DNA from: Eledone cirrhosa
Taxonomy: Eukaryota
Direction of reading: 5' to 3'
Assembly (NCBI GenBank): GCA_964016885.1
Contig: OZ024740.1
Location: 176,390,001-176,454,000, forward strand
DNA length: 64,000 nucleotides
Shown in pieces: positions 13,925-28,527 of the stretch; the first letter of the stretch is position 1; each line of letters opens with the position of its first letter. The notes beneath the pieces were generated by a model. The model had not been told where the DNA came from. It made no database searches and saw only the letters and a list, made by a program, of their open reading frames with translations. A program made the translations under genes and the position numbers.

Positions 13925-16900
13925 GATATAGTATTAGTTATACTATTTATGGTTATGTAAACACAAAACCTTAAGCAGTTGTAAGTATTTTACACACACC
14001 CTAAATAGTGGTAGGCAGTAATGTATTACTACCTTATTACCAGTAAGTTAAGTAGCTCAATGTAAAACATCAGATGATTTACAGAGCAGATATATGAAAT
14101 ATAAGAATCAAAGAACTGTTCAAAACATTATTGTGCTTACAGCTGTTTCCTCCAAACCGAGGTTTGGATTCTTCGGAGCAATTTATTAATGCATGGACAG
14201 TTATATGACCTCCTTTTCAGCCGAGAGACATACCAATACATATTCAAACATTGATACATATTCAAACATTGTGGGTCAACATCATTACAGAATTTAGAGT
14301 GGCAGTACACACTTCGAGATTACATTTATATTAATAGGTACAAGCAAAAATCAAAGATATAGGTTAAAGTACAACATGAAGATAAGTGGTTATATAGTGC
14401 AAATGTTATATGTGTGGCACGCATGTGCGTCTTGTTTATATAGTGTGGCAGAGAGATATGTGTGGTAGAGGCACTTAGGTAGGTAAATAAGAGTGTTAGG
14501 TTGGTAGATCTGGTGGCAAAGTCTTTATATGATTGATATAGTCTGTGTGTGGAGAAATATTATAAGCATTAAAGATAGTGCAAGCATTAAAAGTGTTATA
14601 AGTATTGGAGATGCACAGCGCAGGGATGTCAAGTTATTCATGTACTTCGGCATTTTCATGGTCAAGGGAGTGTATATTTCGATTATATGCCTTTCACATA
14701 ATCCACGACAATCCAGTTAGAGATCGTAGCCTGGTGTTCTTTAGTTCGATACAGGAGGTTGTTACGTTTCGAGAAACGCCATTGAATACCGGAAGTGTGT
14801 GTGGCTAAGGGGAGTTAATGCATGCGGGGAGGTAACTCTGGGGTTTCTATATCTAGTCATTAAAATGTGTCCCAATATAGACCCTAAATTCTATGGTGAG
14901 GTGCACCTTCCAAGAGAGACTTTTAAAGCATAAAGTGTACTAACTATAGAGTAGTTTAACTAAATTATGCTGAAGGTGATCATATTATTATTAAGGTGGA
15001 TTAACCCATCTTAAGGTGCTACAAATGGAAATTATAGATGATGAGCGAGGATTCTAAATTAATGATCTCTGTGGTTGTAGTCTGCTCATATGACCAGGCG
15101 CGGTGATTGCAGGACTGCTTCGGGACCCAATGATCTCTGGTAAGATCTGGGTCATCGCTTGCTACATTGGATGTCGAAAGATAATCGTCCCCAGGCAGGC
15201 CAAAGGTCAATCCGCAGTCCTCGCGACCCCTCTCTGACCGTCAGATCATCCATATACGTACAACCCGCACGGCAGTTGCATTGCATTCACTCACTGCGCT
15301 CAGCAGCCCGGTCATACTGGTCAACAGCGCTACTCGATTAAATCATTTTACATCTGTCTAAGGAAGGTGTTTCCTCTGCCCAACACCATCCAACCGATCA
15401 ATTCATGCTCAAATTACCCTTAGAGCGGTGTAGTGCCGTCCAAGTGGGTGGATGTTGTCACACCTGCCGTAGCGGTATAAATGGGTATTTTCCCTGCGAA
15501 GGGTTCCAGAGGGATGTCGTTGTTTGTGTTATAATGGATCAGCTAGTGTTGGGTATGTAGTATAGGGTGTGTCTCTGGTGTTTGATGCTAGATGCGGTGT
15601 TAGGTCCAGTCCGACATTGCTATATATAGGGCTTAAAGTTTTGGAAGGAATGTCTGAGGCGGTGCTGGCAAGTTGCAAACACCTCAGATTTTTTGTTAAG
15701 TAGGTTACGGTTGGAGAAGATAATATTGTGTGTCTCTAGTATACAGAGGTTACAGAATTTATTAGGTGGTTTGTACGAGGTCGCGCTGCCTATCACTTCC
15801 CATTTGAGTGTGTATGGTTTATTTTTTAGATTTTAGATAGTGTATGTAGCTAGAAAGTGAGGTGGAGTTGGCTAGGCTGTGCTTTTTGAACGAGTGGATG
15901 TGCGAGTTATATCTGATTTTGAAGCAGTTAGAAGTGGAGCCTACATAGGTTTCTGAAGAGTTATTAGTCGTGACTGTGCATGAGTATATGACATCCTTGG
16001 TTAGGCATTTTTTATCTAAAGGGCAGGTTCTATTAGCTCTACAGTTACAATTATTCTGTGCGTTAGTCCGCTGGTTATAATGCAATGCGGAAGTCTGTGT
16101 GGTGGATATAGGATTTTGGGTGTTCGGGTTGACAACCCTGGTGTTATTACTTATACTAGTGTTATTTCTATTGTTACTGCCGTTGCTATTGTTGCTTGCT
16201 ACAGTGGTATTTAGAGGGTTTGCATCCCGTTGTGATTTTGTTTGTTGGAAGTAAGAACTAATTTTACTATTATTGCTGCTAGCTATGTGGTATGCTAAGT
16301 TAGGCGTCGTAGAGTATGAGATTTTAATGGTGTTTTTGTTTAAGAGGTTGTGGTACTTGTGTCCTAGAGGGAAGTTTTTATCTAGTAGTGAGAAGAAAGC
16401 CCTAGGTATGTTGGTGGAGACATTTAGGTTGAAAGGAGGGTTGAAAAATGTATTATTTCTTCTTCTATTTTTGCTTTTAGTGTTTGGTGTGTTGCTTCCT
16501 CCTAAGCCTCACAGTAGTTTCCATGGTAATGGTTACTTCCGGTGGCACCCTCCGCTTTGGTGTACTTGTGGTTGCTATTCCTCTTATTAGATTTCCTCAT
16601 GGACATGTTGTGCGAGATGATGTTGTAGCTATGTGTTTTCTTAGGTAGGAACTCAATTTCTATATTATGGCCGGAGCTAGCTAATGCTTGATTGTAATAT
16701 TGTGAGTTTTTGCTAAATATGTTTGCGTCATAGGACAGACTAGAGATTCTATTGGACACCCCCTTAGAGATAGAGTTTAATATTGATCTAGGGTGATTAG
16801 ACTTGGTATCTACGTAAATAAGTTTCTCATTAGGCTTATGGAAAGGTGTATATATTTTTGAGTCTAGGTATAGTGTGGCGTCCTAGGAAGTTAACATTTT

Positions 16901-17641
16901 TAGTGTTTTTGTCCATGGTGATACTAAGGTTAAAGTTTTTGAATGTCTTATGCAGTTGTTTTCTAGTTCTTTCTATATTAAATTTTTTATATTCTATGAG
17001 TAGAAGTGCATCATCGCGGTACAAACCACCGTTGAGGTAAGGGAGGTCTTTATGGATTTCATTGAGGAGGGTATAGGCCGACCAAATCAGTGACCTGCGC
17101 CGAGTCACTAGATCCCATGGTTATGTCGAAGTTGTTGTGCGTATCCTTGCGTGTCCATAGTTGGTCCTCGAAGGTGATTATGGTTTTACGGGCCGCAAGG
17201 ATGACATCAACCTGGGCTCTAGTCAGGTCGCTATTGGTCATGGCCATGATAAGTGCCTTATTTAATAGGATAGGGGAAATAGAGGTGTAGTATGAATTGA
17301 TATCAAATTGAATAAATTTTTTGTTCTTATTATTCTTGATATCCTTAAACCATTCAATTACTTCACCCGTATTTCCCCATTGTTTAAGGTGTATCTTGTG
17401 TTTAATTTGTGGGATGATTTTATCCAAAATCTTCTTGCTGATAATACCAATGTCGGACTTGGAAGGGCAGATAAGTCTTATCGTGGGGTTGCTGATGAAG
17501 TTCTCCTTATGGTCCTTCAGAGAGAATCTAGGGGGGTTCGGAGTGAAAGGTTGTGTATGCCTCTGTAGTCCTAGTTTAGACACTATATTATAACCCTCTA
17601 CATTAATATCTTCTAAGTTTTTCAAGGTGGTTTTTTTGTAG
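13925..17641 (-). mobile_element. Naiad-type PLE, 5'-truncated, frameshifted, ~1.7-kb 3' UTR
   Basis: KDHKENF, RLICPSKSDIG, FIQFDI, FDITMGSSDSAQVTDLVG, GGLYRDD, CNCRANRTCPL, YVGSTSNCFKIRYNSH spread over broken ORFs ~15630-17625. Confidence 0.92.
14134..14180 (-). ncRNA. Hammerhead, C4 variant (CCGAAGA)
   Basis: Minus strand: tgct-CCGAAGA-a tccaaacc tc ggtttgga g-GAAA-CAGCTG-TA-agca. Confidence 0.7.
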
Positions 17642-19561
17642 CAAGGATGTCATATACTCATGCACAGTCACGACTAATAACTCTTCAGAAACCTATGTAG
17701 GCTCCACTTCTAACTGCTTCAAAATCAGATATAACTCGCACATCCACTCGTTCAAAAAGCACAGCCTAGCCAACTCCACCTCACTTTCTAGCTACATACA
17801 CTATCTAAAATCTAAAAATAAACCATACACACTCAAATGGGAAGTGATAGGCAGCGCGACCTCGTACAAACCACCTAATAAATTCTGTAACCTCTGTATA
17901 CTAGAGACACACAATATTATCTTCTCCAACCGTAACCTACTTAACAAAAAATCTGAGGTGTTTGCAACTTGCCAGCACCGCCTCAGACATTCCTTCCAAA
18001 ACTTTAAGCCCTATATATAGCAATGTCGGACTGGAACCTAACACCGCATCTAGCATCAAACACCAGAGACACACCCTATACTACATACCCAACACTAGCT
18101 GATCCATTATAACACAAACAACGACATCCCTCTGGAACCCTTCGCAGGGAAAATACCCATTTATACCGCTACGGCAGGTGTGACAACATCCACCCACTTG
18201 GACGGCGGACGGCACTACACCGCTCTAAGGGTAATTTGAGCATGAATTGATCGGTTGGATGGTGTTGGGCAGAGGAAACACCTTCCTTAGACAGATGTAA
18301 AATGATTTAATCGAGTAGCGCTGTTGACCAGTAGGACCGGGCTGCTGAGCGCAGTGAGTGAATGCAATGCAACTGCCGTGCGGGTTGTACGTATATGGAT
18401 GATCTGACGGTCAGAGAGGGGTCGCGAGGACTGCGGATTGACCTTTGGCCTGCCTGGGGACGATTATCTTTCGACATCCAATGTAGCAAGCGATGACCCA
18501 GATCTTACCAGAGATCATTGGGTCCCGAAGCAGTCCTGCAATCACCGCGCCTGGTCATATGAGCAGACTACAACCACAGAGATCATTAATTTAGAATCCT
18601 CGCTCATCATCTATAATTTCCATTTGTAGCACCTTAAGATGGGTTAATCCACCTTAATAATAATATGATCACCTTCAGCATAATTTAGTTAAACTACTCT
18701 ATAGTTAGTACACTTTATGCTTTAAAAGTCTCTCTTGGAAGGTGCACCTCACCATAGAATTTAGGGTCTATATTGGGACACATTTTAATGACTAGATATA
18801 GAAACCCCAGAGTTACCTCCCCGCATGCATTAACTCCCCTTAGCCACACACACACTTCCGGTATTCAATGGCGTTTCTCGAAACGTAACAACCTCCTGTA
18901 TCGAACTAAAGAACACCAGGCTACGATCTCTAACTGGATTGTCGTGGATTATGTGAAAGGCATATAATCGAAATATACACTCCCTTGACCATGAAAATGC
19001 CGAAGTACATGAATAACTTGACATCCCTGCGCTGTGCATCTCCAATACTTATAACACTTTTAATGCTTGCACTATCTTTAATGCTTATAATATTTCTCCA
19101 CACACAGACTATATCAATCATATAAAGACTTTGCCACCAGATCTACCAACCTAACACTCTTATTTACCTACCTAAGTGCCTCTACCACACATATCTCTCT
19201 GCCACACTATATAAACAAGACGCACATGCGTGCCACACATATAACATTTGCACTATATAACCACATATCTTCATGTTGTACTTTAACCTATATCTTTGAT
19301 TTTTGCTTGTACCTATTAATATAAATGTAATCTCGAAGTGTGTACTGCCACTCTAAATTCTGTAATGAATGTTGACCCACAATGTTTGAATATGTATCAA
19401 TGTTTGAATATGTATTGGTATGTCTCTCGGCTGAAAAGGAGGTCATATAACTGTCCATGCATTAATAAATTGCTCCGAAGAATCCAAACCTCGGTTTGGA
19501 GGAAACAGCTGTAAGCACAATAATGTTTTGAACAGTTCTTTGATTCTTATATTTCATATAT
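17642..19561 (+). mobile_element. Inverted 5' pseudo-LTR of the preceding Naiad
   Basis: Near-identical reverse complement of 14090-15999 with a few small indels (e.g. extra bases near 18205). Confidence 0.92.
19471..19517 (+). ncRNA. Hammerhead, C4 variant (inverted copy)
   Basis: tgct-CCGAAGA-atccaaacctcggtttggag-GAAA-CAGCTG-TA-agca. Confidence 0.7.
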
Positions 19562-19575
19562 AGATATATATATAC

Positions 19576-19647
<72 letters not shown>

Positions 19648-19713
19648 GTTATTCCGCGTTGAATCGGAGGTAACCACAGTAAGTAAGGTACTCAATACAT
19701 AGCAGAGTATAAC

Positions 19714-20774
<1,061 letters not shown>

Positions 20775-23558
20775 AAGAACAAAAGATGGTTAAAAGAGTT
20801 CTATGTATTTTATTATGCGCATTTCAAAAACAAATATCATCATGCAATAATATTTGTGTTTTCACCAGATAAAACATGAAGTCATGATATGAAGGTTAAA
20901 AAACACTTGTGGATAGTTCAGTTTTAAATCAACATATGAAAAGTAGTTTTTGAGATTGATGTGTGATATTGGGAAAAATATTTTATTTAGAGGGTGGGTT
21001 TGGAAAGGATGAAAAAGAGGAGGAGATGAGAGTAAAAAGTGGAGAGGGAGGAGTATAATGAGGAAGGATGAGATAGGAGGAGAGATGGGTGATAGAGAGA
21101 GAGAGATAGCTTTTATAACTGAGAAAGATATATTGTTTTACATAGAGAGGTTGAAAACCGTTGGAAGATAATGAATAAATTAAAAGAATTTGAAAATTAA
21201 CGAAGAGAAAAATAATGTAAAGTTAAGGTTTGTATATTGAGGGGTTTGATAATATGTGCGATGAAAAAAGAAAATGTTAATATGTATTGAGAATAATGTT
21301 TAAGGGTTTAATAATATGTGCGATGTTAAGAAGATGTTGATATATATTATTAAAAGGAACCACAGGTTATTTAAGTAAGGAAATATTGTGAGATGAATGA
21401 GTTAGATGAAAGGGAGAAAAGAATAATGAATTGAGGATGAATAATCTAACGTCAAAAAAGTGTATATGTTTACGAAGGATTTTTACAAGGTGATATAGAG
21501 TAAGAATGTATTGTATTATGTAATAATTGATTCTATGTTAGGCAAGAGTGAGAAAAGGTACAGATTAGGGGTTAGACATTAAAAGAAGAAGAGAAGAATG
21601 AGTAACAAGTATTATAGAATGTATAATAACCTTTGAAATAAGGTAGAAAGATGGGTATATTTTTAAAAGAAGTGTATATATATATATATGTGCCTTTGAG
21701 AAAAAGATTCTAAATTGATAAAGAATTGAATATTAGCTGTATACTTTGTGAAATGTTTTATGGAATGTATGCAAGCAGATAGAAAACAAGTCAGTGCGTC
21801 TATTTATTATAGAATCTAAATTAGAAATAATGGTACATTTTTCATTTAGACAGAGATTGCAAATTTTGGATAGAGAACTGTTCAAGTATGGAGACGCAGA
21901 AGAAACCTTCTTCCAAAAGATGCTATATTTAATATTTTTGTCTTTCAAGGACCATATGAGTTCTGAGAGAGCCGTGTTGGTTCTTTTAAGTTTGTATTTA
22001 AAAGACGAATGATGGTTATAAAGACGAGCTTTGAAAGAGGTGGAAGTGGAGCCAAAATAGGTGAAGGAATTGGTGTCAGTTATAACATTACATTCGTAAA
22101 TTAAGTTTTTATCAAGACAATGGAAGTTGAGAGGACATTTATTTTTAATAGGGCAATTGCAATTGCGATTAGAGAGATTATTAATGAGTGACCTAGTGTT
22201 ATCTATAGAAGGAATTGGATTAGAGAAGTTATTTGCGATAGGAATAATAGTTTCTTGATTTAGAATGGGATTAAGAACATTTAGCGTTGTTGTGTTTGAC
22301 GTTGTATTGGGGTTTGTAGAAATTAGCCTAGGGTTTACAATGACGTCGGGAGTACTATTATTATGATATTCAGTGTTGGAAGGAAGAGATTTAGTATTTA
22401 GTATTTTATTGTTGTGTTTAGAGATAATGTTGGAAATGTTGGAGGATGTAGAATAGGAACATTTTATAGTGTGTTTGTTAAATATTTTACTATAGATATG
22501 TGAGGGAGGGAAGCATCTATTTAAGGCACTAAAGAATAATTTAGGAATATTGTTATTAATAGAGATGGAGAAAGGAGCATTATACCAGATTATGTTTTTG
22601 TATCTAGGTTTTTTATTAAAGTTTTTGGAATGATCATGATTAATTATTCTACTCTAAGTTCTTCTAGAATTTGTTTCTTTACTATATTTAATTTTATCAG
22701 GATAGCCGGCTTTAGAAAGCGCGTTATTATAGTAATTGGCGTTAGCATCAAAGATGTTTTTATTAGAAGATAGGTTAGATATTCTTTTTCCAATATTACT
22801 AACTATAGCATTCTTGATATTAGTAGGATGGTTAGATTTAAAGTTAACATAATTTAGGTTCTCATTGTTTTTATGGTAAGGGTAATATAGGCCAGTGTCA
22901 AGATTAAAAGATACATCCAAGAAATTAGCTAGTTTGATGCTGTTATCAAATTCAATTGTTAGGTTATGTTAGTTAAAGAGATTACGTATATTGTTCTTAA
23001 TAATATTAAGGTTAACTATGTTGCAATTTAAGATAGTAAAGAGTCCATCGTCACGATAAATTCCACCGCGAAGTTGAGGAATTTTCTGACTCAAAGAGTT
23101 CAAAATAAAGATACCAATTCAATCTGTCAATTGGGATGAATCGGATGCTCCCATTGTGATGTCGAAGTTGTTAGAGGTATCGGCTCTGGTCCAATATTCG
23201 TTGTTGAACTCTAGGATGGTTTTACGTGCGGTGAGAATGATGTGAAGTTCATCTGTGGCGATGTCAGAATATTTAAGTGCGAAAGATAGAGCATTATTGA
23301 GAAGTGAAGGCGAAATAGAAGAATAGTAGCTGGCAATATCAAATTGAACACATTTTAGTTTGTTTTTATTATTCAATTCGTTGAACCAGCTTATCACTTC
23401 GGAAGTACCAAACCATAAATTTAGGTTCAAATAAGAGCAATTAGAACGAACCTGTGGGATAATTATATCCAAGATGGCTTTACTAACCACCCCCAGATCT
23501 GATTTAGAGGGGGCGATTAATCTAACAGGTACTTCAGTGCGAAAATTGTTTTTGTGAT

Positions 23559-23560
<2 letters not shown>
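20775..23560 (-). mobile_element. Naiad-type PLE, 5'-truncated, several stops
   Basis: DHKNNF..RLIAPSKSDLG, VQFDIASYY, FDITMGASDS, GGIYRDD, SNHP, WYNAPF, CNLCLNEK; coding remnant 21733-23560; HHR-like motif 20808-20874 with CTGGTGA core. Confidence 0.92.
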
Positions 23561-23593
<33 letters not shown>

Positions 23594-23810
23594 CGAAGGA
23601 AATGTGGTAAGGAACCAGGTGGACCATAACGCACCAAAGTACTCAATACTTGAGGTAGTAGAGTGGGTAATAGGAACCAGTAAGACCCCGACAGCTGAGC
23701 TGTATATGTATATATATATATATGTATATATATATGTATATATATATATGTATATTTATATATATATATATGTATATATATATATGTATATATATATGTA
23801 TATATATATA

Positions 23811-24310
23811 GCAGCAAGCCTAACCGCCGTAAGCAACCAATCACATTCTTTCTAGCTTGACCACAGCCACATAGCGATTCTTAGCCATTTTTGAATCTAT
23901 TTTTGGCGGGATCGGATTGAAAAACTAGATGTCTGATTTTGAGTTTGTCTCCTGATGAATCCTAACTCAGGACATTCCTATTATTTGGATGTCTAAAAAT
24001 AAGGAAGAAACCATGGTAGAGATATAATTACGGTATGTGCGCATTTCTTCTAAGTTTAATTTTACACCTGATTGTGTATGGTTGATGGTATATTTAGTCA
24101 GTTTATACATGCTGTCGAAATGTTGGATAAATACCCGATTGAGGCCGCCGCGAAGAGGCTACGTTCGGTTATTTGTCGGAGATTTCTCCATAAGAGCATT
24201 TATTCTTATAGCTTGTTCTAATTGATTTTTCATATGGTTAATTATGCTAATTAGAAGAAGAAATAGTATATATTTTATCGGATAATTCTAAAGACATGAT
24301 TTATGATATG
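23811..24310 (+). mobile_element. ~500-bp non-coding HHR island between TA arrays (solo pLTR/retrozyme-like)
   Basis: No credible ORF; contains HHR; TA flanks on both sides. Confidence 0.6.
23947..24023 (+). ncRNA. Hammerhead ribozyme, extended stem II
   Basis: gtctc-CTGATGA-a tcct..gacattc ctattattt ggatgtc..agga a-GAAA-CCATGG-TA-gagat. Confidence 0.8.
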
Positions 24311-24420
<110 letters not shown>

Positions 24421-24459
24421 TATATATATATACGTATATATATATATATATACGTATAA

Positions 24460-24579
<120 letters not shown>

Positions 24580-24584
24580 GTATA

Positions 24585-24616
<32 letters not shown>

Positions 24617-24680
24617 CGTATATATATGTATATATATATATATATACGTATATATATGTATATATATATACGTATATATA

Positions 24681-24749
<69 letters not shown>

Positions 24750-24764
24750 TTATACGTATATATA

Positions 24765-24862
<98 letters not shown>

Positions 24863-24963
24863 CATATCATAAATCATGTCTTTAGAATTATCCGATAAAA
24901 TATATATATATATATATACACACACATATATATATATACGTATATATATATATATACGTATAA

Positions 24964-25050
<87 letters not shown>

Positions 25051-25052
25051 TA

Positions 25053-25534
25053 TACAATATTAAATAAATGGAAAACTATATTTATAAAACCATATTTATT
25101 TCATTATATATATTTCGGGGATATCATATTAACAATATGCTATGCCTTCATCAGACAAAATACAATATAAACAGTTTTATAGATAAATATATTCGACATA
25201 CCGTAATAAACATCAACTTCATTTGGAGAGGTTTACGCTAGCAGTGAAAATACAGAGAGAAAGAAAGAGAGAAAGAAAAGAGGGAAAAAAAGAAAGAAAG
25301 AAAGACAGAACGAAGAGAAGGAAGAAAAAGAAAAAGAAGAAAAAAGAAAAAGAAGAAATGCATGGAACAAAATAGAGAGATGGAAAAATAGATAAAGCGA
25401 AGAGCTTCATGTAAAGAGACAGAAAGATATATATATATAGAGAGAGAGAGGAAATAGAGATAGATACATATATATATATATATAGAAAATTAGGTAGTGG
25501 GAGGTCATTTTGAGTAAGTGTATCAATGATACAT

Positions 25535-25569
<35 letters not shown>

Positions 25570-28309
25570 GCTCAAGTATTAATGTAAGGGAGAAATATAG
25601 AGAGATATAGAGAGATATATAGAGAGAAAAAATTTAAAAATAGCCAGACATATTCGAGGCGTAGAAAACCCTATGTTTTAATGTATTAGTATTTATAAAA
25701 CTTACACTATACTGTAAATATCAGTATTCCTGAATGAAACAAGTATTCACAATGTGTGAAAATTCATTATCTTATGTTTAGTTTTAAAAAATTCATATGT
25801 TTATGTGACAGCTACAAACATCAATGTGAATCCAACTGATTCACTCCGCAAATTCTAAGTTACCGGAAAACATTCTCAATGTGGTATAAAAATTTGAGCA
25901 TATTATTATTCTTGCGATTACTCTACAAGATTATCTATCAAGCAGAAATAGAGAGCAGATTTCAATATACTAATCGAAAATATATATTATATTATAAACA
26001 AAGATAACAATAATAATAATAATAATAATAAGTAAAAATATATAAAAAATATAGAATAGAAAACTAAAAAGATATTACGAAAGAATATTACATAATAAAA
26101 ATATTGCATATTAAAAATACGTATTAAAAAATATTACGTATTAAAAATTTACATATAAAAATATTAAAAATAAAATAAAAATAAAAATATTATAGAATAC
26201 TACAATACTAAAAGAATAAAGATAAAAATAAAAATAAAAATAAAAATGAAAATAAACCACAAAGAACAACCCTTCAAAGTTAATTGACAATATATTGCCA
26301 AGTTCATTACAAGACAAAGCCAAAAATTATCTATCAAATCACATCTAGCGAAGAATATCGCAAAAAAGATTATGATGTCCAATAATGTCTACATATGTTC
26401 CTATATTTAATATAGAAGTTTATCTAGTGTAAGGTTAATTCAAAAAATTTGGAGCATCGGCTTTTAGGGTAGCTTAATTTTTCATGAGGAATGTTTAGAT
26501 AAAAATAAAAATAAATAAAATAAATTAAACAATAAAAAGAGTAAAAAGAGGGAATCAAAGATTTAGGAATCAAAAGATTTATCGGCTAGTTCTCATATAA
26601 ATATAAATCAAACTAAATATACTACATTTTAAATTTAAATTTATATTTAAACGTTGAGTTTAATCTATGCTTGCAACAACTGAATAAATTTGTCCGTAGG
26701 TTAAGGGAATTTTTAGATTTTAGTATAAAGAATATCTCCTCTGCGCAGAGGTCACATGTCTCAGAGGATGAATTAAAAGGAATCCCTCTTGAGACTATAT
26801 TCCAAGCCGTCGAATATCTAACGTTATCTAGCTTAAGTTGCCAGAGTACCCCTGATAGTGCCGTTGAAGATTTTTTATTTGGATCTGTGAAAGAATTCTT
26901 GTGGTTATTATAGCGAAGTTTAAATTCCGTCGATGTGGAACCGACGTAGTTAAAAGAATTAGAGTCAGTATTAACATTACAATTGTATACTATATTTTTA
27001 ACTAAGCAGTTGTTATTTAACGGACATTTAGATCTATCTCTACAGTTACATTTGTTAACTTGTATATTATTTATGCTATTATCAGTAGGTTTTAAGTTCC
27101 TATTATTTATTCTATTAATATTTTGTGCTAAATTTTTGGTGGATGAGTAGGTTAATTTAATTGTATGCCTATTGAAGATTGAGTGATACCTATGTGTTCT
27201 AGGGAAGCGATTATCAAGAGCTTTGAAAAATAATTTAGCGATGTGGGTTTTAATGTTTAGTGAGAAAGGGGGGGCAAACCATATTATGTTCCTAGTTCTA
27301 TTTCTTTTTTGTCCTTTGGAATTATTGTAATGCTTTCTATTATAGTTGTTAATGTTGTTGCCGTAATTAAAAAAGTTGTTACTTTGTTTAGTTTGTCTAT
27401 CATTATCTATGTACACAATCTTATCAGCATACCCTGCCCTAGCTAGTGCATCAATATAGTATTGGGCCTTTTCGTCAAAAATCTTTCTATTCGACGAGAT
27501 CCTAGAGATACGTTTTTGGACTGAGTTTACTATAGTGTTTTTGACAGATCTGGGGTGGTTAGAGTTAAAGTTGACATAGTTTAAGTTTTCATTCAACTTG
27601 TGAAAAGGATAGTGGAGACATGTGTTGAGATTTAATGTTATATCTAGGAAATTGACTATTCTATGGTTGTTCTCAATTTCTATTTTAAGGTTAAAGTAAT
27701 TAAAAAATTTTGTAATTTGTTTACATTTTCTATTTAGTTCAGGGTTATTATTATTAATAAGTAAAAGCATGTCATCCCTATATAAACCTCCGGTAGTACC
27801 GGGTATTTTCCTATGTAGCGAATTGATTAAAAATAAGCCCACAAGGTCAGTTACCTGTGCAGAGTCGGAAGATCCCATAGTTATGTCAAAATTGCTATCT
27901 CTATCTGCTCTGGTCCATAATTTGTCATTAAATTCTATCAAAGTTTTCCTAGCCGATAATATAATATGCATTTCTTTGCTAGTTAGGTCCGTATGTTTGA
28001 ATGCGTAATTTAGTGCCTTATTTAGTAGACTAGGGGTAATAGAAGAATAATAGTTAGCTATATCAAGTTGAATAAACCTATTATTATCGTCATATTTAAT
28101 TTGCCTAAACCACTCAACAACCTCTCCAGTTCCCTTCCACAAGCTCAGGTTAGATACACAATCCAAGTTCTTAATTTGCAGTATCACCCTGTCAAGAATG
28201 TTTTAGCTTAATTTGCCCAGGTCCGATTTTGAAGGTGCGATCAATCTAACTGGCAGGTCATTTTCAAAATTCCTCTTGTGGTCCTTCATATTGATCTTCG
28301 GTTTCCTGG
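25053..28309 (-). mobile_element. Naiad-type PLE, 5'-truncated, long 3' UTR (HHR 25097-25162)
   Basis: Continuous RT-GIY-YIG ORF plus an inverted pLTR upstream. Confidence 0.93.
26622..28187 (-). CDS. Naiad RT + GIY-YIG endonuclease (partial; frameshift near 28206 upstream)
   Basis: 521 aa open: FIQLDI, FDITMGSSDSAQVTDLVG, GGLYRDD, WFAPPF, CNCRDRSKCPL, YVGSTSTEFKLRYNNH, CDLCAEE, CKH. Confidence 0.85.
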   Translation of the reverse strand: MILQIKNLDCVSNLSLWKGTGEVVEWFRQIKYDDNNRFIQLDIANYYSSITPSLLNKALNYAFKHTDLTSKEMHIILSARKTLIEFNDKLWTRADRDSNFDITMGSSDSAQVTDLVGLFLINSLHRKIPGTTGGLYRDDMLLLINNNNPELNRKCKQITKFFNYFNLKIEIENNHRIVNFLDITLNLNTCLHYPFHKLNENLNYVNFNSNHPRSVKNTIVNSVQKRISRISSNRKIFDEKAQYYIDALARAGYADKIVYIDNDRQTKQSNNFFNYGNNINNYNRKHYNNSKGQKRNRTRNIIWFAPPFSLNIKTHIAKLFFKALDNRFPRTHRYHSIFNRHTIKLTYSSTKNLAQNINRINNRNLKPTDNSINNIQVNKCNCRDRSKCPLNNNCLVKNIVYNCNVNTDSNSFNYVGSTSTEFKLRYNNHKNSFTDPNKKSSTALSGVLWQLKLDNVRYSTAWNIVSRGIPFNSSSETCDLCAEEIFFILKSKNSLNLRTNLFSCCKHRLNSTFKYKFKFKM

Positions 28310-28496
28310 CACATTGTGAATACTTGTTTCATTCAGGAATACTGATATTTACAGTATAGTGTAAGTTTTATAAATACTAATACATTAAAACATAGGGTTT
28401 TCTACGCCTCGAATATGTCTGGCTATTTTTAAATTTTTTCTCTCTCTATATCTCTCTATATCTCTCTATATTTCTCCCTTACATTAATACTTGAGC

Positions 28497-28527
<31 letters not shown>

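Noticed and set aside
14529-19121. Paired short ORFs (60-71 aa) on opposite strands
   Set aside because: Their duplication simply reflects the inverted pLTR; no homology or coding signal recognised.
21733-23560. Possible selenocysteine-recoding Naiad (in-frame TGA at 23119)
   Set aside because: The TGA replaces a Leu/Ile position (TDLVG motif), not Cys; TAA/TAG stops also occur; conserved Cys in other copies use normal codons; no SECIS seen.
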